This document shows positions 9,697 through 20,026 of a stretch of DNA of 64,000 nt, piece by piece. The DNA is from Candidatus Poribacteria bacterium (GTDB lineage Bacteria; Poribacteria; WGA-4E; WGA-3G). Position 1 is the stretch's first letter, and each line of letters opens with the position of its first letter. The notes beneath the pieces are model-generated. The model made no database searches, was not told where the DNA came from, and saw only the letters and a program-made list of their open reading frames with translations. A program made the position numbers and the translations under genes. Location of the stretch: contig OZ240248.1 of assembly GCA_965198235.1 (NCBI GenBank), positions 1,312,001-1,376,000 on the forward strand, in the 5' to 3' direction.

Positions 9697-10953
9697 ATGA
9701 AAGATTCAACATTTATTACAAGAGTCGTCCTAAAAAACTATAAAAGCATCGCTGCATGCGATGTACGGTTGGGGCCCTTGACGTTCCTCGTAGGGCGTAA
9801 CGGTTCGGGTAAGAGCAATTTTCTGGATGCGCTGCGGTTCGTTGCGGATGCGTTGAATTCGTCACTCGACCACGCATTGCGAGATCGCGGAGGTATTAAG
9901 GAGGTCCGTCGTCGCTCTCGGGGGCATCCGAACCATTTCAGTATCCGTCTTGAGTTTATTTCGCCTGAAGGTTTTACTGGGCATTATGCCTTTCAAATCA
10001 GGACGCGTTCACCTGGGGGCTACAAGGTTCAGACTGAAGAGTGTAGCATTCAAAACAAACTGGGCCTCATGTCCGAAGAACGTTTCCGGGTTAATAATGG
10101 CGAGGTAATAGATACAAGTGTGGCGGTAGCACCCGCTGCCACAACCGATCGCCTCTATTTGGTCAACGCGTCTGGTCTGCCCGAATTTCGACCTGTCTAT
10201 GAAGCCTTTTCTCGGATGGGATTTTATAACTTCAATCTGGACAAAATCCGGGATCTCCAAGATCCTGATCCTGGGGACGTTCTCATGGGAGATGGCAGTA
10301 ACCTCACCAGTATCTTCGCCCAACTTCCACCCGCTGTGAAAATAGACATTGAGGAGTATTTAGCATTAGTCGTTCCTGATATTCGTGAGGTGGATGTCAA
10401 AGCGTTTGGCCACAAGCAGACATTAGCGTTCAGACAGAAGGTCACGTCGGACAAATACCCCTGGCAGTTTTTCGCAAATAATATGTCTGATGGCACACTC
10501 CGTGCATTAGGGATTCTCGTAGCACTATTCCAAGGAGATGGCGATGCACAAAAACGCGTGCCTCTCGTCGGAATTGAAGAACCGGAACTTGCACTTCATC
10601 CAGCAGCAGCGGGTGTACTGCTTGACGGGCTTAGAGATGCTGCCCACAAAACGCAGGTTATCGTTACCAGCCACAGTCCAGATCTTCTTGATGACAAGCA
10701 CCTTGATGTAAACTCAATGCTGGCAGTTGAAGCAGATGAAGGAAACACGGCGATCGCCCCCGTGGACGAAGTGGGAAGGTCTGTATTGCGTGATCGGTTG
10801 TTTACAGTGGGTGAACTTCTACGTCTTGATCAATTGCAACCAGATCCAAATCAAACATCTTTAGTTAACCGTGCGAAAGTTAAGCAGCTTGAGCTTTTTG
10901 ATTCCAACAAGAGAGATGCTGACCAAAAAGAGAAAAAAGGAACGTGTGAATGA
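9697..10953 (+). CDS. AAA family (AAA_21/AAA_15-like) ABC-type ATPase
   Basis: KNYKSI, GRNGSGKSN, MSDGT, IEEPELALHP, TSHSP; true start 9697 because the upstream extension is repeat-derived. Confidence 0.88.
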   Translation: MKDSTFITRVVLKNYKSIAACDVRLGPLTFLVGRNGSGKSNFLDALRFVADALNSSLDHALRDRGGIKEVRRRSRGHPNHFSIRLEFISPEGFTGHYAFQIRTRSPGGYKVQTEECSIQNKLGLMSEERFRVNNGEVIDTSVAVAPAATTDRLYLVNASGLPEFRPVYEAFSRMGFYNFNLDKIRDLQDPDPGDVLMGDGSNLTSIFAQLPPAVKIDIEEYLALVVPDIREVDVKAFGHKQTLAFRQKVTSDKYPWQFFANNMSDGTLRALGILVALFQGDGDAQKRVPLVGIEEPELALHPAAAGVLLDGLRDAAHKTQVIVTSHSPDLLDDKHLDVNSMLAVEADEGNTAIAPVDEVGRSVLRDRLFTVGELLRLDQLQPDPNQTSLVNRAKVKQLELFDSNKRDADQKEKKGTCE

Positions 10954-11567
10954 CGGTCAAAATTGGATGTATTGTTGAAGGGCACGGCGAGGTAGAAGCC
11001 GTACCAATTTTGATTCGACGCTTGGCAGCGCTCCATTATCCTGAATTGACAACTGTCATTCCAACCCCTATCCGTATTTCCAGAAATAGGGTCTTTAAGG
11101 CAGGTGAACTTGAGCGTGCAGTCGGATTAGCAGTTCGGAATATCGGGAAACAAGGTGCTATATTTATCATCCTTGACAGTGATGATGACTGCCCCGCACA
11201 GCTGGGGCCCGAGCTGCTGCATCGGGCATCACAAGTTTTTCGTAATGTGCCTATTGCCGTTGTTCTTGCCAAACAAGAATTTGAAGCGTGGTTTCTTGCA
11301 GCAGCAGAATCGCTTCGTGGAAAAAGAGGTTTAAAAGAAAACCTCCGTTCTCCGAACAATCCGGAGGCAGTACGTGGTGCAAAGGAATGGTTGAACCAAC
11401 AAATGGAAAATAACAGAACATATCGTGCTAAACGAGACCAACCCGCACTCACAGCACTTTTTGACATAGAACAAGCGCGTCGCACAGATTCATTTGACAA
11501 GTGCTACCGCGACATCCTTCATCTCCTTGACGAATTACGAAAAGCAAGTGCCCCAAATAGTGTATAA
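10950..11567 (+). CDS. DUF4276 family (TOPRIM-like) protein
   Basis: IVEGHGE, ILDSDDDCP, EFEAWFLA, PE..RGAKEWL, SFDK; ATGA-coupled to the ATPase. Confidence 0.8.
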   Translation: MTVKIGCIVEGHGEVEAVPILIRRLAALHYPELTTVIPTPIRISRNRVFKAGELERAVGLAVRNIGKQGAIFIILDSDDDCPAQLGPELLHRASQVFRNVPIAVVLAKQEFEAWFLAAAESLRGKRGLKENLRSPNNPEAVRGAKEWLNQQMENNRTYRAKRDQPALTALFDIEQARRTDSFDKCYRDILHLLDELRKASAPNSV

Positions 11568-11615
11568 GTGGAAAAAAGAATATAATCTATCGCGTCCATT
11601 TATTGAGGATTTAAT

Positions 11616-13019
11616 ATGGAAAACAAGCCAAATGTCATCTTTATTTTAACCGACGACCAAGGACCGTGGGCAGCGGGCTGTTGCGGTAACGATGAAGTCC
11701 GGACACCCTATCTTGACCAGTTAGCCTCGGAGGGAACCCGCTTCCCCAATTTCTTCTGTACAAGTCCCGTTTGTTCGCCTGCGCGCGCGAGTCTCATGAC
11801 CGGTCGTATCCCTTCAGCACACGGCGTACACGACTGGATTCGCGACGGAAATATGCCACCAGACCCCGCCCGATACCTCGATGGATTGACCTGCTATACC
11901 GATGTTTTAGTTGACAATAACTATACTGTCGGACTGAGCGGCAAATGGCACCTTGGCGATAGTTTAACACCACAACACGGGTTCAGCCACTGGTTCACTT
12001 TACTTACGGGTGGGAGTCAGTACAACGATGCGGATATGATCCGAGATGAACAGGTTGAAATGCAACCCGGCTATCTTACCGATGTAATCACTGATGATGC
12101 GTTGGACTTTATCTCAGCGAATCAGGAGGGACCCTTTTACCTCAGCGTCAACTATAATGCCCCGCATACACCGTTTACGGGACACCCTCAAGACATCGTT
12201 GATTCCTATGACGATTGCCCCTTCAAAACGTGTCCACAGGAGGCGTTACACCCATGGGCTGTGCAAGGTGCAGCTGTACACATGGGCAATCGTGAGTCGT
12301 TGAAAGGCTATTTCGCAGCGATTACCGCGCTTGATTGGAACGTCGGTCGAATTTTAGAGAGGCTTGCACAGTTAGGGATCCGTGAAAATACGCTCGTTGT
12401 CTTCAGTAGTGACAACGGCTACTCGTGTGGACATCACGGGTTTTGGCATAAAGGGAACGGAACATTCCCGCTGAATATGTATGAAAACTCCGTCAAAGTC
12501 CCCTTCATTGTCAGCCAACCCGGCAGTATTCCAGAAGGTCGCGTCAGCGAAGCGATGGTGAGCCAATACGACTTCATGCCGACACTCCTCGATTATCTTG
12601 GATTACCCGATCCGAATGATGATATGTCACCCGGCAGAAGTTTTGGGCCCGCGCTTTCCGGTGAGACGAACGATGCGAAAGATGAGATCGTTATCTTCGA
12701 TGAATACGGTCCCGTCCGCATGATCCGAACACAGGAGTGGAAGTATGTCCATAGGTATCCATACGGTCCACATGAGCTGTACGACTTGGTAAACGACCCG
12801 GATGAACGGAAAAATCTGATAGACGACAAGTCTCAGAACGCCCGCGTAACTGACATGCGCCAACAGATGGGAGCGTGGTTTCAACGATACGTCTTACCAG
12901 AATTAGATGGCGCGAGGTGTTCCGTCACCGGTGGCGGCCAAGCGGCAAAAATTGAGGAAGGGCAATGTGGTGAAGGTGCCTTCCATCCCAGATACGCCCC
13001 ACCTCGACAGGATGTGTAG
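11616..13019 (+). CDS. Sulfatase (Cys-type)
   Basis: KPNVIFILTDDQG, CSPARASLMTG, GKWHLG, SDNG, HG..HKG, ELYDL.NDP.E. Confidence 0.92.
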   Translation: MENKPNVIFILTDDQGPWAAGCCGNDEVRTPYLDQLASEGTRFPNFFCTSPVCSPARASLMTGRIPSAHGVHDWIRDGNMPPDPARYLDGLTCYTDVLVDNNYTVGLSGKWHLGDSLTPQHGFSHWFTLLTGGSQYNDADMIRDEQVEMQPGYLTDVITDDALDFISANQEGPFYLSVNYNAPHTPFTGHPQDIVDSYDDCPFKTCPQEALHPWAVQGAAVHMGNRESLKGYFAAITALDWNVGRILERLAQLGIRENTLVVFSSDNGYSCGHHGFWHKGNGTFPLNMYENSVKVPFIVSQPGSIPEGRVSEAMVSQYDFMPTLLDYLGLPDPNDDMSPGRSFGPALSGETNDAKDEIVIFDEYGPVRMIRTQEWKYVHRYPYGPHELYDLVNDPDERKNLIDDKSQNARVTDMRQQMGAWFQRYVLPELDGARCSVTGGGQAAKIEEGQCGEGAFHPRYAPPRQDV

Positions 13020-13020
13020 A

Positions 13021-13866
13021 ATGGCGAAAGCCTTTGCCCCCGGCAACATTTCGTGTGTTTTCAAGGTTATTTCACACGCCGATGCAACCCGTATGCACTC
13101 GCTCGGCATGGGTTTCACCGTTAAAGAGGGTGTAAAAGTCATCGTTTCTGAACACCATGAGACAAAAGTGCTGTTTAACGGGCAAAGCATCGATTTTCCT
13201 ACGGTACAGGCTGTTGCTGATCGGCTAATCCGAAGCATAGGTGCTGCAGGCATGAAGGTGGACATAACGTCCCCATTGCCCCTCGGTTGCGGCTTCGGGC
13301 TTAGTGGTGCCGCTTCGCTTGCAACAGCATACGCACTCAATGAACTGCTCCATTTGCACAAAGATGCGGAGACGCTCGCCATGGTAGCGCACGTCGCAGA
13401 GGTTGAAAATCGCACTGGATTGGGTGATGTCTGTTCGCAATACCACGGGGGTTGCCTCGTCAAGTTGAGGGAAGGCGCACCATTGGTTGCCGATAGGTTA
13501 CCGATAACAGAACAACCTATCTATTACCGTTACTTCGGGCCGATTCAGACCAGCGAGGTACTCGGAAACAGAGAACAGACAATTCGCATCAATCGTGCCG
13601 CCGATGCTGCGTTAAGTGTTTTGCGAACGCTTACCAGTACCAAGCCCAATACCGAACTCTTTAACGCCTGTTTTGAAGTATCAAAGCGGTTTTCAGTGGA
13701 GAGCGGCTTGCTCAGTGATGCCCGTGTGATAGAGACAATCGAACAGATTGAGGCGGAGGGTGGTGTCGCTTCAATGATTATGTTAGGGAACGGCGTTTTT
13801 AGCACGCATCCATTTGAGGATGCAGTGGAAACAAAGCTTGTTCATAATCCAGCGCGTCTCGTATAG
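13021..13866 (+). CDS. GHMP kinase, archaeal pantoate kinase-like
   Basis: AFAPGNIS.VF start, PLGCGFGLSGA, AHVAEVENRTGLGDV, SMIMLGN.VF. Confidence 0.75.
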   Translation: MAKAFAPGNISCVFKVISHADATRMHSLGMGFTVKEGVKVIVSEHHETKVLFNGQSIDFPTVQAVADRLIRSIGAAGMKVDITSPLPLGCGFGLSGAASLATAYALNELLHLHKDAETLAMVAHVAEVENRTGLGDVCSQYHGGCLVKLREGAPLVADRLPITEQPIYYRYFGPIQTSEVLGNREQTIRINRAADAALSVLRTLTSTKPNTELFNACFEVSKRFSVESGLLSDARVIETIEQIEAEGGVASMIMLGNGVFSTHPFEDAVETKLVHNPARLV

Positions 13867-13870
13867 CCAA

Positions 13871-14170
13871 ATAGCGGTCGGCAGTCGGCAGTCAGCAAGA
13901 GGGTGTTTTTGCTTGGGGTGTTTTTGATAGGGGTTTTTGATAGGGGTTTTTGCTTGGGTGTTTCTGCGGATTTCTGCGGATTTCTGCGTATTGCTTGGGG
14001 TGTTTTTGCTTGGGGTTTTTGATAGGGTGTTTCCCTGCGTATTGATAGGGGTCTTTGATAGGGTGTTTCTGCGTATTTCTGCGTATTTCTGCGTATTTCC
14101 CTTGTTAAATGAAAACCTCTTAACCGAAGATTTCCAGAGCTATAGTCATAAAACCGAAAGCCGATAGCCA
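13871..14170 (+). repeat. Heptamer-flanked element carrying a 200 bp G/T mosaic repeat insert (13900-14101)
   Basis: GCAGTCG/GCAGTCA heptamers, GCAAGAGGG...AAACCTCTTAAC hairpin arms, inner repeat array. Confidence 0.75.
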
Positions 14171-14180
14171 ATACATCATC

Positions 14181-16277
14181 ATGGTAATCAAACAAATCAT
14201 AAAAATCCCAGTTCTGACTTTTTTTATAGTATCTGTTGCTGTGGGTGCCGTAGAAGTTGAGAATGTGACATTCGGATTCGGCGATGGTTACAAAATAGGT
14301 ACATGGGCACCCTTAACGATAACTGTACGGAATCAAGATGAACGCACTGTGTTTAGTGGAGAGTTGGTTGTGGAGGTGCGGAACTTTTCTTCGGACACCC
14401 CCATCGAACGTTACGCTACCTCACTGCACCTTATCGGGCCCGAGCGACAACGGAAAAACTTCTATGTTTACTGCCCGAAAAATGCTACGCAGCTTGTCAT
14501 TCGACTTGTACCGAGCACACCGTCAGAGACGGCAGGATTACGCGGGACAGCGTCCGGTCTGGTGAAAGATATATTGCTCCCAACACCACTTGCACGCAAA
14601 GACTACTTCGTGCTGGTATTGGCTCCGAGCGGCGACAAGTTGAAACGATTTGTTGATAAGAAACAGTTAGCGGTGCATGTCAAGTACCTTCCGAATTCGA
14701 TGTGGCTACCGCGCGACTGGATAGGCTATAATGCCGTTGATGTACTCGTTGTTCGTGAGGTTCGCTTAACCGAACGGCGTATCCTTAAAGCACAACAGAC
14801 GGCGATGCTTGATTGGATACAGCGTGGCGGTACGCTGATTGTCTCCGGCGGCAGTAGTTTTAACTATCTGCAAGGCAGTTTTATCGAGCCCTTTCTCCCG
14901 GTTGAATTAAAGGGTGTGAGGAAGGCGAATACGCTCCCAGTTGCTTTGCTGGAACAACTTAACAGAATGGCAGTCAGCAGTCAGCAGTCAGCAGTCAGCA
15001 CAGACTTGCCCACGCCTACTGATACACAGCTTTTGAAGCGCGTGGGAGAGTCTGAGCAAGAGGGCGTAACTTCACCAGAAAACCTCTTAACTGAAGGTTT
15101 CCGACAGCCGATGGCTGAAAGCCGTTTTGAGTGTATCCAATTTGTTCCAAAAGCAGGATGTGAGGTGTTGATTGGCACGGCGGAGCAGATTTATGTCGCA
15201 AAACGGAACTTTGGAGATGGACGGATTCTCTGCCTCGCGTTTGATTACAATGCACCCCCCTTTGGCGTAAGCGAAAAAAATATGGAGAGGTCGGAGCAAC
15301 AGGTAGCTGAAACGTTCTGGAACAGATTACTGAGTAGGCACGGTAAATCTCCGCGGCACCTCGCGGACCGGTATGCACTTGCACTCCAACATGAGGTGGA
15401 AATTCATAAGCACTTTCTCTCGAAGATGCCTACCCGGGTGCCGCTCATTAAACTGTTGGCTATAGTTTTGCCAATATATCTGCTTGGTTTTGGGGGTTTC
15501 TTGTTCTATTTCGGGAAGTCAAGGCAAAAATCACGCACCTATTGGATAGGCGGATGTCTCTTCGTTCTGCTTTCGGTGAGTACAATTGCAGCGGCGCGAA
15601 AAGTCTGGTTTCCGAACGCCGTCACAGCAGACAGATTGTCAATTGTATCGGTTTATCCTGAACGGCAGCGCGCACACTTATTAAGTTATGTTTCCCTTAG
15701 AGCCGCATCGCGTGCCGAAACGTCCATTGACTTCACAAAAGGGAGTTTCATTCGTCATCAGGAGGTTGAGGAGTCGAAGGGTGAACGCCTTCAAAAAATT
15801 GGGACATTGGTTCAAGATTCGCGTGTTCAACTACGAGGTTTATCGGTGGAACCGTGGCAGCCTACAACGTATGTGGAAGAAAAATTTTTGGCGTTGGATA
15901 CCCAGCAACTTCCGCATACTCTTGAAAAAACGTGGCGCGTTGCAGGAAAAGAGATGACTTACTTAGGAAATGTCGCGCTAAGAGTGGAATCGGGGTTGGA
16001 AACCCCTCCTACATCCGAACCTTCAATGGCACGTCTCCGACTGCAAGTAACACCGAAAATGCCGCCTGATGAGAAATTAAGCGGTGCCCGAAAGACGTTT
16101 GCGCAAATACTACAGCGAGATTACGTGTTGCGGTATTTGGCGACAGAGGCGAACCTGAATCCGCCACCCTACTTCATGGGGTGGGTTTCTCAGGGGTTTA
16201 CTGGTGTGGTAGCAGATGGGAGTATTGACACAAACGATGAAACTTTAGTAATTTTTCGTCCTGGTGCTGGACGTTGA
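14181..16277 (+). CDS. Hypothetical membrane protein with GATase-like central domain
   Basis: Signal peptide, GFG..YK.G.W.P, LP..W.GY.AVD.LV, WI..GG.LIVSGG, two TM helices; contains in-frame repeat insert at ~14968-15124. Confidence 0.7.
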   Translation: MVIKQIIKIPVLTFFIVSVAVGAVEVENVTFGFGDGYKIGTWAPLTITVRNQDERTVFSGELVVEVRNFSSDTPIERYATSLHLIGPERQRKNFYVYCPKNATQLVIRLVPSTPSETAGLRGTASGLVKDILLPTPLARKDYFVLVLAPSGDKLKRFVDKKQLAVHVKYLPNSMWLPRDWIGYNAVDVLVVREVRLTERRILKAQQTAMLDWIQRGGTLIVSGGSSFNYLQGSFIEPFLPVELKGVRKANTLPVALLEQLNRMAVSSQQSAVSTDLPTPTDTQLLKRVGESEQEGVTSPENLLTEGFRQPMAESRFECIQFVPKAGCEVLIGTAEQIYVAKRNFGDGRILCLAFDYNAPPFGVSEKNMERSEQQVAETFWNRLLSRHGKSPRHLADRYALALQHEVEIHKHFLSKMPTRVPLIKLLAIVLPIYLLGFGGFLFYFGKSRQKSRTYWIGGCLFVLLSVSTIAAARKVWFPNAVTADRLSIVSVYPERQRAHLLSYVSLRAASRAETSIDFTKGSFIRHQEVEESKGERLQKIGTLVQDSRVQLRGLSVEPWQPTTYVEEKFLALDTQQLPHTLEKTWRVAGKEMTYLGNVALRVESGLETPPTSEPSMARLRLQVTPKMPPDEKLSGARKTFAQILQRDYVLRYLATEANLNPPPYFMGWVSQGFTGVVADGSIDTNDETLVIFRPGAGR

Positions 16278-16435
16278 AGGAAAGTTGTGGTGAAGGCTAC
16301 GAAGGGAATGGCTATTAGTTTTCAGCAGAATATGCCGGGCCCCTACCCGTTATAGGGGAGGGGCAATTGTATTTGTCTGTGTGATGGACGGGTCCCCAAT
16401 TGCGTTGGTCCGTACCGGATACCATCGTGGAATGA

Positions 16436-16617
16436 TTTTCTAACTATGGGAATCTGGTCACTGCTCCATTACATTTCGCAGTGGTTTTTGGTTAATGCCA
16501 ACATACTCCAGGAGTTCAAAGGATTCTGGCTTCATCAGAAACCGTTGTGAAACGAAGTGGAACAACGCCCAGGAGCCCATAAATTAAAAAATGCCCAGGA
16601 GGCCATAGTTTAAAAAA
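16436..16617. repeat. Intergenic repeat, same family as 5150-5305 and 24225-24438
   Basis: TAACTATGG...CCATAGTTT terminal inverted repeat; shared internal motifs. Confidence 0.6.
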
Positions 16618-17544
16618 ATGGATGTGCTATCGCTCGGCATTTATGTCGTTGATGTGCTGGGGCGACCCATAGATCAGTTTCCCGAAAAGGGAAAATTAGC
16701 CCTCTTTGATGAACTCGAAATCCATACTGGAGGCTGTGCTAACAACACGGCTATTGCACTCACGCGCTTAGGTATCTCTGCTGGCGCGATGGGTAAGGTT
16801 GGCACTGATGCTTTTGGCGACCTGATTCTGCAAACGCTCATAGATAACGGTGTTGACACGGCGGGCATGCAACAGGAGGCGAGTGCCAGCACTTCCTTTA
16901 CATTCGTCGCCGTCGCCTCCGATGGCGAACGAACTTTCTACCATTACATCGGTGCGAACGGTGAACTCTGTGAGACCGACCTTGATTGGGAAGTCATAAA
17001 AAGTGCCAAAATTTTGCACATCGCTGGTGCGCTTGTCATGCCGCGTTTTGATGGCGCACCGATGGCGAACGTCCTCCGAGAAGCGAAAGCTTTGGGGATA
17101 ACCACCTCACTCGACACAGCGTATGATGCTACTGGAAAGTGGTTGGAGACACTCGAACCGTGCTTGCCTTATGTAGACATGTTTATGCCAAGTATCGTCG
17201 AAGCACAACACCTCACGGGTCTATCTGAGCACCGAGAAATCACCCAATTTTTGCGAAATAACTACGGTATCCATACAATTGTTATTAAAATGGGTGAAAA
17301 CGGCAGTTACGCCTCCACACCAGAGGCTGAACACTTAGCACCAGCATATTCTGTGAATGCCGTTGACGCAACCGGAGCAGGGGACGCTTACGTCGCCGGT
17401 TTTCTCGCGGGAACCCTCATGGATTGGGACCTAAAAGCAACAGCCGAATTGGCATCTGCGACGGGGGCAGCCTGTGTCACTGCCATTGGTACAACTGCCG
17501 GCATCCAAAATCTCGAAGAGACTCTGAAGATCTGTCAGAGATAA
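16618..17544 (+). CDS. PfkB family carbohydrate kinase
   Basis: GGCANN.A..L.RLG, GKVGTDAFG, DGERTF, VDATGAGDAY.AGF. Confidence 0.92.
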   Translation: MDVLSLGIYVVDVLGRPIDQFPEKGKLALFDELEIHTGGCANNTAIALTRLGISAGAMGKVGTDAFGDLILQTLIDNGVDTAGMQQEASASTSFTFVAVASDGERTFYHYIGANGELCETDLDWEVIKSAKILHIAGALVMPRFDGAPMANVLREAKALGITTSLDTAYDATGKWLETLEPCLPYVDMFMPSIVEAQHLTGLSEHREITQFLRNNYGIHTIVIKMGENGSYASTPEAEHLAPAYSVNAVDATGAGDAYVAGFLAGTLMDWDLKATAELASATGAACVTAIGTTAGIQNLEETLKICQR

Positions 17545-17579
17545 ATTCCACCGAGAGAGGAAACAACACTGTTAGGTTA

Positions 17580-17730
17580 ACCCAAGTTGCTACTAACAAG
17601 TTTTGAAGGTTCAAGGAGGCTTTTTACGCACTTTCCTCACCCCAGAGGGGTGATATGTCTATAGAAAGGACGTATTTTAGCAACTGCACTCCAGCGGAGT
17701 GCTATGTCTATAATAGGTGGCAACTTGCGT
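17580..17730. mobile_element. MITE, 151 bp, with target-site duplication
   Basis: TIR ACCCAAGTTGC/GCAACTTGCGT; flanked by TAGGTTA on both sides; second copy at 61640-61792. Confidence 0.8.
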
Positions 17731-17850
17731 TAGGTTAAGTGAAATTGGGGAAAATTAACCAGTGCTGGCAGCCTGCAACAACGGCGCAGGCGGATCTGGC
17801 AGAGGCAGGTGAACGAAAACCCACCTGAACGTACCGCAAGGAACATTAAA

Positions 17851-20026
<2,176 letters not shown>

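Noticed and set aside
13842-14195. Short ORFs over the repeat array
   Set aside because: Low-complexity translations of the repeat with no protein features
8600-16277. Sec read-through at other TGA stops (8602, 10953, 16277)
   Set aside because: No Cys-motif context or domain continuation after these stops
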